From Candidatus Eiseniibacteriota bacterium (GTDB lineage: Bacteria; Eisenbacteria; RBG-16-71-46; CAIMUX01; VGJL01), in contig CAWBWI010000001.1 in assembly GCA_963792585.1 (NCBI GenBank), forward strand, positions 928,001 through 992,000: 64,000 bases of DNA. Reading direction: 5' to 3'. The position numbers were made by a program, and so were the translations under genes. The first letter of the stretch is position 1, and each line of letters opens with the position of its first letter. The notes below the pieces were generated by a model. The model had not been told where the DNA came from and did not search any database. It saw only the letters and a list, made by a program, of their open reading frames with translations. Below, piece by piece: positions 25,525 to 35,169 of the stretch.

Positions 25525-25692
25525 CAAACCCCTCCGGAGCACGGTGCACCTGTTCGGTCCCGCGCCCAGTTGATGATCCTCCGGGACGGCGAGCTGCAGC
25601 CTCCGCCCCACGATAGAAGCCGACGCGCATATATCATAACACGTTTGCTACAGGGAACCTAGCCCGCCGTTGCCAGGTCGCGGCAGCCGGCG

Positions 25693-26007
25693 CTAGGCCA
25701 GGCGGTTTGCCGGCGGGGCGAGGGGGCCGAAAGTCTCCTCGAGGATCCGGTCGATGTCCTCGAGGGTGACGGCCGAGTAGAGACGTCCGGGGGGGACCAC
25801 GAGCACGTTCGGGCCGAAGGAGCATAGATCCAGGCAGCCGCTCTGGCTGACGCGAACCTTGTAGGGCAGATCGAGGAGTTTGACCCGCCTCTTGAGCTCC
25901 TGATGGATCGCCGCCGATCCCCTCGCTCCGCAAGAGGGGCGCTCCTCGCCCCGGAGGTTGGTGCAAACGAACAAGATCACCTGATACGGGAGTCTGGTGA
26001 CCTCCAA
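25693..26007 (-). CDS. Thioredoxin-like [2Fe-2S] ferredoxin
   Basis: FVCTN...SCG...SGCLDLCSFGPNVLV...Y four-Cys pattern. Confidence 0.88.
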   Translation of the reverse strand: MEVTRLPYQVILFVCTNLRGEERPSCGARGSAAIHQELKRRVKLLDLPYKVRVSQSGCLDLCSFGPNVLVVPPGRLYSAVTLEDIDRILEETFGPLAPPANRLA

Positions 26008-26008
26008 C

Positions 26009-26599
26009 CTAGGCCTCCCCGAGGTCGCCCGTCAGAGCCTGGCGCGTCGCCCCATCGACCGGCGTATTTGCCGAGTAGCCAGGATGTTCCACAACCAGGG
26101 CGACCGGGCGGGCGGCATCCCGAAAGACCGCCGCCTGAGCCGCCGTAAATGGGAACTGGACATAGTGGACGCTGGAGATCCGGTTCTCGTCGCTCTGCCC
26201 CTCGGCAAACCGGGCGACCGATCGACCCGCCTCTCCCAGGTCGAACCAAACATGCCCTTCCCGATCGAGGCCCACGAACGCCTCGAGGTCTTCGCGGATC
26301 CTCGCCGCGTCGGTCAACTCGATGAAGAGGGTGCCGGCGAGGCCCACGCCTTTGGGAAGGAGTTCATTGTAGGTTTCCAGTTCGTGCCCAATGGCCTCGG
26401 GCTCGACCATCCGCTCCGCGCGAATCATCTCCTGGATCTGGTAGAGCACCGTCTCCCGGTTCTCGAATGCGATCGAGATCTTCGGGCCCGCCTGAACGCG
26501 CCGCGCCGCGCGCAGGTCGATCAAGGCCCGGCGCATATCCGGCCGCACACGCTCGTAGGCCGTGAGGTCCTTCAGATCTTCAAGCTGGATGGGTCGCAA
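26009..26599 (-). CDS. DUF3501 family protein
   Basis: FENRETVLYQIQEMIRAE, YNELLP, TLFIE, SSVHYVQF, HPGY; typical rubrerythrin-operon context. Confidence 0.9.
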   Translation of the reverse strand: MRPIQLEDLKDLTAYERVRPDMRRALIDLRAARRVQAGPKISIAFENRETVLYQIQEMIRAERMVEPEAIGHELETYNELLPKGVGLAGTLFIELTDAARIREDLEAFVGLDREGHVWFDLGEAGRSVARFAEGQSDENRISSVHYVQFPFTAAQAAVFRDAARPVALVVEHPGYSANTPVDGATRQALTGDLGEA

Positions 26600-26613
26600 T
26601 TGGGATCCTCCGT

Positions 26614-27910
26614 TCAGACTTCGAAACCAAGCCCGTAGGCTTCACACAGGACTTCGATCGGATGGACCGCCTTCCGGCCCGTGCCCTGTTCGATCTGCAG
26701 CCCGGCGAGGGCGCAGTCGGAGCAGACGCGATTGGGCTGGAACTCCTCGATCCCGGCAAACAGCCGCCGCGCGACCTTGAGAGATTCCTCGTAGTACTGC
26801 TTCTTCATGCCCCAGGTCCCGTCCATGCCGGAACAGCGCTCGACCATCTCGATCTGCGTGCCGGGGATCATGGCGAGGAGATCGCGGCTCTTGTAGCCGA
26901 TGTTCTGGGCCTTCAGGTGGCATGGCAGGTGGTAGAACACCTTGCCGGGTGAGTTCTTGAAGCTCGTGTCGAGTTTTCCCCGCTCATGGAGCAACATCAA
27001 GATACTCGCCGAGGTCGATGGTCGCGCCGGCGACCGCACGCGAGGCATCCCCCCGTCGTCGAGCCAGGGATACTCGTTCTTGAGCACATATCCGCATGTC
27101 GGCTGCAAGACGACGATCGTATAGCCTTCTTCCGCGTAGCGGCGGAAGGAGCGGACGTTGAACGCGAGGTTCTCTTTCGCGTTCTTGTAGTCCCCGCCGT
27201 CAAGATAGGGCATCCCGCAGCAACGTTGATCGGGATAGACGACCCGGACGTCGTGATGGGCGAGCACTGCGAGCGCGCTCTTGCCGATCTCCGGGTTGTT
27301 GTAGTTGACCGAACAGGTGGCAAACAGGGCGACCTTGCCTCCGCTCCCGCCGATCTTCTCTTCAGCTTCTTCTCGCGCTCTTGCGGAACCACGCATCGAA
27401 CGTGGTTCGGTGGAACTGCGGGAGGTTGCGATCGCGGTGCACGCCTGTCGCCTTCTCGATGCAGGATCCGGCCGATCCCGGAGCGAGTCATCCAGTTCGA
27501 GAGGGGGGCCGTCAGCCCTCCCATCGCGCCGGTGAGATCGGGATTGCCAAGGAAGCGGTCCGACGCGTCACCCCTTCCTCTTTCGCTCGGACGATCCGCT
27601 CCCGGAGCATCAGGCGGGGGAAGTCGATGTTGAATGGAGTGGCCCTGGTCAGGCGTGTAGGGGCAGTTCACGTAGCAGAGCTTGCACTGGAAGCAGAGGT
27701 CGACGACGTTGCGCAGTTCCGGGTCGGTCAGCCTCGACGCTCGCCGTCGTGCCGATCGTCGACCGCATCAAAGAGCGACGGGAACGACCGACAGAACTTG
27801 AAGCAGAGGCGGCAGCCGCTGACAGATCTCGGAGACGCGCAGCAGTTCCCGCCTGAGATCGTCCCTCGATTCCAGAACATCTCCGATTGCGGATCGTAGG
27901 TCACGAACAT
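26614..27910 (-). CDS. Rubrerythrin-associated Fe-S oxidoreductase (GlpC/CCG domain; frameshifted)
   Basis: GCRLCFKFC and [13 protein letters not shown] 4Fe-4S motifs; [20 protein letters not shown]. Confidence 0.88.
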
Positions 27911-27995
27911 CCCTCCCTTGCCACCGGCGCGGCGTACGGCCCGGGGACTCCGGATTCGGGGAGCGGCGCGACCGGCCCCCGAATCGCGAGGTCAC

Positions 27996-28429
27996 TTACT
28001 TCTTCAGGTCGTCGAATGCCTTCTGGAAGCGGCCGGCGTGCGACGTTCTCGGCGCGCGCCAGCGTCTCGAACCAATCGGAGATCTCGTCGAAGCCTTCGT
28101 CGCGAGCCGACTTCGCGAATCCAGGGTACATCTGCGTGTACTCGTAGGTTTCGCCGGCAACCGCCGCCTTCAGGTTCTGCTCGCCGTCGATCCGATCGGC
28201 ATGTCGACTCGGTCGCCGGATCGCCGACCTGCTTCAGGTAGTCGAGGTGCCCGTGCGCGTGCCCCGTCTCCCCTTCGGCGGTGTCGCGAAAGTGACCGGC
28301 GACCTCGGGATACCCCTCGACGTCCGCCAGGCGCGCGAAGTAGAGATAGCGCCGGTTCGCCATGCTCTCGCCCGCGAACGCGTGCTTCAGATTCTCGTGA
28401 GTCTTCGTTCCCTTCAACTCCTTGGCCAT
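27996..28429 (-). CDS. rbr: Rubrerythrin (short form without rubredoxin; frameshifted)
   Basis: [63 protein letters not shown] at 27996-27998. Confidence 0.9.
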
Positions 28430-28442
28430 CGTACGATTCCTC

Positions 28443-28484
28443 CTTCTTGCTTCTTGCTTCTTACGTCCTGCTTCCTACGATCTA
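28443..28484. repeat. Six degenerate tandem heptamers
   Basis: CTTCTTG CTTCTTG CTTCTTA CGTCCTG CTTCCTA CGATCTA. Confidence 0.65.
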
Positions 28485-28981
28485 CGTTGGCTTCGTTTCG
28501 TTCCTCGAGCGTCCCCACCACCCTCTTGCCCCGACACCGTTTCCGGATTCTTTCGTTCACAGGCGGAACAGACCCCGTGGTACTCGATCTGCACCAACTC
28601 GATCCGGAATCCATTGGGCCGTCGGGCGGGAATCTGCGCGGCCGGCAGGTTGGGATCGACGGCCAGGTCCACGATCGATCCGCAGACACGGCAGCGAAGG
28701 TGGTGATGCGGCGTGGGATTCGGGTCGTATCGGCGCGTCCCGTCCGGGGAGGTGACGGTCGCAATCCGACCCATCGCCGCAAGAGCCTCCATCGTGTTGT
28801 AGACCGTGGCGCGGGACATGCCCGGATACCGACGGCGGACGGTGGCGTAGATCTCATCGGCCGTCGGGTGATGGCGCAGGCGCAGCAGGGTCTCGACCAC
28901 CGCCTGTCTCTGCGGGGTCCACCGGTGGCCGGAGGCGCGGAAGGCCTCGACCATGGTTCCCATCTGTTCGACGATATTCAT
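28475..28981 (-). CDS. Fur family regulator, PerR-like
   Basis: TPQRQAV, HPTADEIY, SRATVYNT, HHHLRCRVCG, GVCSAC; heads the rubrerythrin operon. Confidence 0.92.
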   Translation of the reverse strand: MNIVEQMGTMVEAFRASGHRWTPQRQAVVETLLRLRHHPTADEIYATVRRRYPGMSRATVYNTMEALAAMGRIATVTSPDGTRRYDPNPTPHHHLRCRVCGSIVDLAVDPNLPAAQIPARRPNGFRIELVQIEYHGVCSACERKNPETVSGQEGGGDARGTKRSQRRS

Positions 28982-29013
28982 TTAGAATGATTCCTTAGTT
29001 AGAATCATACCAA
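28982..29013 (-). promoter_or_regulatory. Putative tandem Per/Fur boxes overlapping the -10 and RBS of the PerR-like gene
   Basis: AT-rich island with TTAGAATGAT (28982) and TTAGAATCAT (28999) 17 bp apart; minus-strand TATGAT and AAGGA. Confidence 0.6.
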
Positions 29014-29038
29014 ATAATCTTCATCCGTCCAGCACTGT

Positions 29039-30073
29039 TTACGCGGGCAAGGATCGGGTCAGATGGCTGGGCCGGATTCCCGCGGCTCCAAGTTCTCGAA
29101 GAAGTCGCCGGACGAGGAGCGATTCCACCCGGCGGGCACGCGAGGCCGTAAGGGCGCCGCCGGGGATCTTCCCGCCCGCGATCATGTCGTGGCCGCCGGC
29201 GGTGCCCAGTCCCGAAACGATCCCGCGGATCACTCTTCCCGCGTTGGCTCGGCGGCGATTGGTGCGGATCGAGAGGAGCAGATCCGAACGGAATCTGCCG
29301 ATGCACAACGCCCAGTCGATCCCCTCCAATCGGACGACGAGGTCGGCAAACTGCGCAACCATGTCCGGGGTGTCGACCCCACCAAGCTGCGTGACCGCGA
29401 CCCCGCCATACAGATGGGTTCCGTCGATCGCACGGTCGATCATGGCGAACCAGGCGCGTTTCAGGGGAGCGTGCTCGATCCTCGACAGCGCCTTGTTGTC
29501 GACCAGGGGAAAACAGGAGAGGAAGACATGTGCATCCGCTCGCCCACCCTCGCGTCCCAGATTCTGGGTCTCCGAACGGATCGCATGGAAAACGGCCGTC
29601 GCCAGCCGACGGTCCGCGGGAAGCCCGGCGGCCTCGAAGTACTCGTATATGATTGTCGTGGTCGCTCCGTACTCCTCACGGATGTCGTAGAAGGCGATGT
29701 CCCGGGTCGCCCGACGGCAGGGGTGGTGGTCGAAGACCAGGTCCGGGGCACGGTCCATGGGAAGGGAGTTGTTCCCCGCCCGCGGTTGGGTGTCGACGAG
29801 GGCAACCGCGTCGAAGGATCCGATTTCCAGCCGCCCGAGCGGCTTCAGGGGAACGCGGAGGACATCGATCATCGCCTGATTCTCGGTCCTCCCTACGATC
29901 CCTCCGTATCCCAGGGTCACGCTGGGAACTCCGACCCGGCGGGCAAGCCGGCCGAGAATCCATGCCGAAGCGATGGAGTCGGGATCCGGATTGTCGTGCG
30001 TGAGCACCAGCAACTTCCTGCGCCCCATCAGAGTCTCACGCAGACGAAGCAGCTTCCTCGCTGATTGAATCAA
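29039..30073 (-). CDS. DHH/DHHA1 phosphoesterase (NrnA-like)
   Basis: THDNPDPDS, LVDTQP, FDHHP, AGGHDMIAGG. Confidence 0.88.
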   Translation of the reverse strand: MIQSARKLLRLRETLMGRRKLLVLTHDNPDPDSIASAWILGRLARRVGVPSVTLGYGGIVGRTENQAMIDVLRVPLKPLGRLEIGSFDAVALVDTQPRAGNNSLPMDRAPDLVFDHHPCRRATRDIAFYDIREEYGATTTIIYEYFEAAGLPADRRLATAVFHAIRSETQNLGREGGRADAHVFLSCFPLVDNKALSRIEHAPLKRAWFAMIDRAIDGTHLYGGVAVTQLGGVDTPDMVAQFADLVVRLEGIDWALCIGRFRSDLLLSIRTNRRRANAGRVIRGIVSGLGTAGGHDMIAGGKIPGGALTASRARRVESLLVRRLLRELGAAGIRPSHLTRSLPA

Positions 30074-30094
30074 CCGGGCCCTCTTTCCGGCGCC

Positions 30095-31702
30095 TCAGCG
30101 CCGCCTGTCGACGGTCAGAACATACCCGTCCGCCGAGCTGTAGGTGAGAAGCGAATCGACTCGGCCCGGCGCAATCGACACGGGGCGGCGCAGACGGGTG
30201 GCGAGCGTGTCGACGCGCGCGTTGCTCAGGTTCACGCGGACCGCCGCCGATCGCGAGAGATCGAGGTACCAGAGGGAGGTTCCGTGCGGATCCAGCCGGA
30301 GGTCGCCCACGATCCCCATGGCGCCCAGATCGTGGAACGGAAGCGGGTCTCCGCCGCCCGCGATCTTTCGGATCACCGAGCCGGCGGCGGTTCTCACGCC
30401 GAAGTACGCCACGCCCGCAGCGTCCACGGCAACGCCGGTGAGTTCGCCGTCGGTGACGGTTGTGAGAACACTCATTCCCTGCGGGCTCCCCGGCTTGAGC
30501 CGGAGCAGGCGTCCCATCGACCGTTCCCCAACGAGCAAGTCGCCGTTGAACGAGCCGCCGGAATAGACGGCGATGTCCGACGGAAAACCGATCCCGTCGT
30601 AGAGCATGATCGGTTGGGCCGTGCTGCCCCCGAATCTCCAGACCGTGCCCGTGTCTTCCCCCTCGTCTCCGGAGATCAGGAAGTAATAGAGGCCCTCCCC
30701 CGCCCCGCGCGCGACGCCGCTGAGCCCCGGCACCATTACCGTACGGAAACGCTCCCCGCCGGAGGTGAAGCGATATAGGACGTCATCACCGTGGTCCGCG
30801 ACGAAGATCAACTGATCCCCCGCTCCCGTCGTCAGAACTTCGATCCCTCGAGGATCGAGGAAATCCGGTGGTCGCACCGGTGTCGTCACGGATTCGACGT
30901 TGCTGAGCGCTGAGGAATTGCCCGCATCGTCGCGTACGAGAATCGCGAACGAGTAGTCCGTTTCGGCGCGGAGTCCTCTGACGACGAACGTCTCACTCGA
31001 GCCTGGAGGGGCGGGGGTCGGCTCCCCTGTCGCCTGGGTCGCACCGGCCCACGTCTCTTCTCCGAGCGACCCAACGCGGTAGCGGAGATCATAGGCGGCG
31101 GCTCTGCCGGTCAGGCTGTCATCCCCAGTTGCGGTCCAGCCCAGACGCACGGTGGCCGATCCGACGTCCAAGGCGGCGAGGTCGACGACGGGCGCGGGCC
31201 GAAGGGTGTCGGGAGGGATCGGGGCGGCGCGCGTGCGGCCGAAGGCGATGTTGGAGAGAACGGATGGGAGATCTGCGTCGTCGATGCTCACGATGCCGAT
31301 CGCATAGAGCGTGTCCGGGAGGAGCCCGGTGATCTCGAAGCGCTGGGAGACGCCCGGTTGTGCGGGGGCCGGCTCCCCGCGAGCCGTATCGGCGATCGAC
31401 CAGACGCCGACATCGATGCTCTCGGGTCGGTACCGAACGTCGTAGATCGCGGCGGGGCCTCCGGCGTCTCCGTCCTCCGACGGCGCCGACCACTCGATGG
31501 TGACGGAGGAATCGGAGGTATCGATTGCGGCCAGATCGCCGATCGCGTGGGGCGGCGTGAGATCCAGAATCGTCGCCGGCGTGGTCTTGTCCGAGCAGCC
31601 GATCCCGCAAAGGACAGCCGCGCCGAAGACGATCGCCGCCATCGAACCGATTCGGGATCCGAACCCGGCGCGCCGCCCGTCGCGGGAAGTTCCGTGTCTC
31701 AT
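30095..31702 (-). CDS. Lipoprotein with two fibronectin type III repeats and a C-terminal beta-propeller-like region
   Basis: ATG 31702 after GGAGG; VLCGIGC lipobox-like; two DLAA...W(S/T)A...YD(V/L)RY...GL...TxY repeats. Confidence 0.75.
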   Translation of the reverse strand: MRHGTSRDGRRAGFGSRIGSMAAIVFGAAVLCGIGCSDKTTPATILDLTPPHAIGDLAAIDTSDSSVTIEWSAPSEDGDAGGPAAIYDVRYRPESIDVGVWSIADTARGEPAPAQPGVSQRFEITGLLPDTLYAIGIVSIDDADLPSVLSNIAFGRTRAAPIPPDTLRPAPVVDLAALDVGSATVRLGWTATGDDSLTGRAAAYDLRYRVGSLGEETWAGATQATGEPTPAPPGSSETFVVRGLRAETDYSFAILVRDDAGNSSALSNVESVTTPVRPPDFLDPRGIEVLTTGAGDQLIFVADHGDDVLYRFTSGGERFRTVMVPGLSGVARGAGEGLYYFLISGDEGEDTGTVWRFGGSTAQPIMLYDGIGFPSDIAVYSGGSFNGDLLVGERSMGRLLRLKPGSPQGMSVLTTVTDGELTGVAVDAAGVAYFGVRTAAGSVIRKIAGGGDPLPFHDLGAMGIVGDLRLDPHGTSLWYLDLSRSAAVRVNLSNARVDTLATRLRRPVSIAPGRVDSLLTYSSADGYVLTVDRRR

Positions 31703-31768
31703 CTTGGACCTCCGGCCCTCTGACGCTAGCATCGGGGGTTCGCGCCCGCAAGCAAGGGAGGAATCGGG

Positions 31769-33133
31769 ATGATCGTCTCGACGACGCAGGAGCGGATCCT
31801 CCGGGGCGCGATTCCAGGAACCTTGGCGAGGCTGGCGTGGCCGGTGCTCGTATCCATGGCGTTTCATACCTTCTTCAACATCGTAAACGCGTTCTGGGTC
31901 GGCCGCCTCGGCCCCGCCGCGCTCGCCGCCGTCACGACGAGTCTATTCGCCACATGGAGCATCTGGGCGTTCGCGGAAATGGTCGGGGTGGGGCTGGTCG
32001 CCGTCGTAGCCCGCCACGTCGGCGCAGGCGACCGCGAAGCAGCCGATCATGCCGCCGCTCAAGGGATTCTCCTTGCGGTCGGTATTGCCGCCCTGGTGGC
32101 CGCGCTCGCCCCGGTCGCCCCTCGCTGGCTTTTCCGAATCCTGCACACGGAACCGGATGTGACCCGCGAGGGGATCGCATTCCTACGGACGATCTTCCTC
32201 GGAGCGTCGGCATTCTTTCTGCTGTTCACGCTGGAGGCGATCCTTCGAGCCTGGGGCGACACCCGCACACCCATGCGCATCACGAGCCTCGTTGTGGCGC
32301 TCAATGTCGTCCTCGATCCGCTCCTCATCTTCGGCATCGGCCCGTTCCCCCGTCTCGAGACGCTCGGCGCGGGCATCGCAACGGTGATCGCACACGCCGT
32401 CGGCGTGGCCCTCATGGTGCGTCACTTCACGGTCCACCGGACCCGATTCCCGGACATCCCCAGGCACCTGCTGCGGGTGGATTCCGCCGTGATGGCACGC
32501 CTGTTGCGGATCGGCCTGCCGATTTCGCTGAACATGGTTCTGTTCTCGGTCGTATACCTCTTCCTCTCGCGCGAGGCGGCATCCCTCGGCACGGGACCTC
32601 TGGCGGCGCTGGGGGTCGGCAACCGGGTCGAATCGATCTCGTATCTGACCGCCTCCAGCATCGCCGTCGCGACGGCAACGATCGTGGGACAGAACCTTGG
32701 GGCCGGGCAGACCGCCCGCGCGCGGGCGACGGCCAAGGCTTCCGCGCGCATGGCCGTTGGGATCTGCACCTTCTGGGGCGTCGTGTTCTTCGCCTTCGCC
32801 GAACCATTGCTCCGGATCTTCTCGAGCGACCCGGAGGTGATCCGACCCGGAATCGGCTTCCTGCGCCTCCTTGCCGTCTGCCAACCGGTGATGGGGCTCG
32901 AGATTGCGCTCTCCGGAGCGTTCCAAGGGGCGGGCTACACGCTGGTTCCGATGTCGATCTCATCGGCGATCAGCATCCTGAGAATTCCCCTAGCGAGGGC
33001 CGCGGTCGGCACGGCCGGGATGGGATTGCTCGGGATCGGATGGGTGATCGCGGGCACCTGCGTCTTGCGAGGGGCCTGCATGCTGACCGTGATGCGGATG
33101 GGGCGCTGGATCCGGACGGGAGCGACCCGCTAG
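31769..33133 (+). CDS. MATE family efflux transporter
   Basis: LAWP, LRAWGDTRTPM, NVVLDPLLIFG, GAGIATVI, IVGQNLGAG; many TM helices. Confidence 0.92.
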   Translation: MIVSTTQERILRGAIPGTLARLAWPVLVSMAFHTFFNIVNAFWVGRLGPAALAAVTTSLFATWSIWAFAEMVGVGLVAVVARHVGAGDREAADHAAAQGILLAVGIAALVAALAPVAPRWLFRILHTEPDVTREGIAFLRTIFLGASAFFLLFTLEAILRAWGDTRTPMRITSLVVALNVVLDPLLIFGIGPFPRLETLGAGIATVIAHAVGVALMVRHFTVHRTRFPDIPRHLLRVDSAVMARLLRIGLPISLNMVLFSVVYLFLSREAASLGTGPLAALGVGNRVESISYLTASSIAVATATIVGQNLGAGQTARARATAKASARMAVGICTFWGVVFFAFAEPLLRIFSSDPEVIRPGIGFLRLLAVCQPVMGLEIALSGAFQGAGYTLVPMSISSAISILRIPLARAAVGTAGMGLLGIGWVIAGTCVLRGACMLTVMRMGRWIRTGATR

Positions 33134-35169
33134 GCCACGTCCAGGTTGCCGGCGGAGGAGTCGCCTCGCTCCACGACCGCGGTGCGGTTGCGCAGCGATT
33201 GGAGCAGGCGGCGTGCGGTGGCCTGTTCCGCCGACATGAAGACGACCTGCGAGTCCGCACCCGGATGGGACCCCGCAACGATGGCCTGGTGGATCGGAAG
33301 CAGGATCTCGACCAGGGTTCCGCCTTCATCGCGAGGGCGCAGGTCGATCCGGCCGCGATGCCGCTGGAGGATCCCGTAGCTGACCGAAAGACCCAGCCCC
33401 CGCGTGCGGAGCCCCTTCGTGGTGAAGAAGGGATCGAAGGCGCGCCGGCGGACGTCCGGTGTCATCCCGCATCCGGAATCCGCGACGGTGACCCGGACCA
33501 TCTCGTCGGCCTTGCCCACGTCGACCCGCACGACGCCGCCGCTGGGCATCGCCTCCGCCGCATTCATCAGGATGTGCTTGAAGACTTCGCCGAGCAGGTT
33601 CTCGGATCCCAATACGGGGGGAACCTCCGTTGAGCTCACCTCGATCTGGACGGGACCGGCGCCGGAGACCCGGGTGACCCGCCAGACGTTGTCCAGATAG
33701 CCGGCCACCTCGCGGATCACGGCGCCGAGATTGACCTCCCGGAATTGCAGATCCGACTCCTCGCCCGAATACTCCTGGATCCGCTTGACGATCTCTCCAC
33801 CCTGCAGGGCCGCGGTGCGGACGATCTCCAGCCCTTTGCGGACGGCCGCGTCGTCGGTGCGGGCCTGCAGCAGTTGGGTGCGACCGAGAATCACGGCGAG
33901 CAGATTGTTGAAGTTATGCGCGACCATCGTCGTCATCTCGCCAACGCCCCGAAGTCGCTCGTTCTGGACCATCTGTCGCATCAACCGCTTCTTCACGGTC
34001 TGGTCCACCCAGAGCAATTCGACCGCCCGCTCTTGCTGGTAGGTGACCCTTCGACCCCGCAGGTCGAACTCGAGGCTCCTGCCGCCGCGTCCAATCGCCA
34101 CACAATCGCTGTCCACGGGCTCGCCACTCGCCTCGGCCTGCGCCAGGATTTCGGTGACGACGCGGACGAAATCCGGATGCAAGAGGCGGTCGATGGTGAA
34201 CGAGGGCAGCAGCAACTGCTCTTCGGTGTATCCGAAGGTCTCGAGGAAGGCGTGGTTCACGAAACGGAACCGACCGCCTTGGATCAGACAGAGCGGATCC
34301 GGAGAGGCTTCGACGAGGAGGCGGTACTTCTCCTGGGATTCGACCAGTTCCGCGGTACGGTCGCGAACCTTCTGCTCCAGCGTCTCGTTGAGGGCCGCGA
34401 GTTCGTCACGCGCCCGCGTCAACTCACGCTTCTGCTGGTCGAGGCTTTCGGCGGCGAGGGTGAACTGCTCCGCGAGAATCTCGATCTCGTCGCCGGTCGC
34501 GATCTTGGGCTCCGGGTTCCATTCACCGCGGGCGAGACCCACGGTCTTCTCCACCAGGAGGCCGAGGGGCTTGATGATCCGCCGCACGAGCACGTGCGAC
34601 AGGCCGAAGGCGAGCAATGTCCCGATCAAGGCCATGAGGATCACGATCAGGGAGGTCTCACGCGCATTCGCTTCAACGGAACGCAGGGAGAGGGCCACGC
34701 GAACCGTCCCCCAGCGGGCGCCAAAGGGTCCCATCACCGGTTCGACGCGATCCAGGATGTTGTAGCCGCTGGGGTCCTCTTCCTCGACCTCGAACGGCTC
34801 GCTCGAGATCAGCCCCCGCAAGCTGACCGGATCCTGGACGCGTTCTCCGACTCGATCCCGCCGCCCGCTCATGCCCGCGACCAGTCCCTCCTTGTCGAGG
34901 ATCATGACGCGGAGGACTCCCGGCTCGCGCAACGCATCGTCGGCGATCTGCTGGAGCGTGATGTAGTCGTAGCTCATCAAGGCGGGTTGGCACAGGGATG
35001 CGAGACTGCGCGCGAAGCCGGCCACGCGAAGCTCGGCCTGTTCCCGCGTGCTGTTCGACAGGTGGCGTCCCGTGACCGCGGCGACCAGCAGAAAGATCAT
35101 CAGGATCAGGACACCGAACGCGAAGGAGAAGCGACTTGCGAGCGACATCGACATCCGGTGGCGCTTCAT
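33130..35169 (-). CDS. Membrane sensor histidine kinase (periplasmic domain, HAMP, PAS, HisKA, HATPase)
   Basis: Two TM helices; DEIEILA HAMP; YRLLVEASPD PAS; AHNFNNLL H-box; NAAEAM, DSGCGM, FDPFFTTK, GLGLS. Confidence 0.92.
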   Translation of the reverse strand: MKRHRMSMSLASRFSFAFGVLILMIFLLVAAVTGRHLSNSTREQAELRVAGFARSLASLCQPALMSYDYITLQQIADDALREPGVLRVMILDKEGLVAGMSGRRDRVGERVQDPVSLRGLISSEPFEVEEEDPSGYNILDRVEPVMGPFGARWGTVRVALSLRSVEANARETSLIVILMALIGTLLAFGLSHVLVRRIIKPLGLLVEKTVGLARGEWNPEPKIATGDEIEILAEQFTLAAESLDQQKRELTRARDELAALNETLEQKVRDRTAELVESQEKYRLLVEASPDPLCLIQGGRFRFVNHAFLETFGYTEEQLLLPSFTIDRLLHPDFVRVVTEILAQAEASGEPVDSDCVAIGRGGRSLEFDLRGRRVTYQQERAVELLWVDQTVKKRLMRQMVQNERLRGVGEMTTMVAHNFNNLLAVILGRTQLLQARTDDAAVRKGLEIVRTAALQGGEIVKRIQEYSGEESDLQFREVNLGAVIREVAGYLDNVWRVTRVSGAGPVQIEVSSTEVPPVLGSENLLGEVFKHILMNAAEAMPSGGVVRVDVGKADEMVRVTVADSGCGMTPDVRRRAFDPFFTTKGLRTRGLGLSVSYGILQRHRGRIDLRPRDEGGTLVEILLPIHQAIVAGSHPGADSQVVFMSAEQATARRLLQSLRNRTAVVERGDSSAGNLDVA

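Noticed and set aside
27397..27409. CGAACGTGGTTCG as a third SOS box
   Set aside because: The spacer is 3 nt rather than 4, it lies inside an error-rich coding region, and there is no promoter context.
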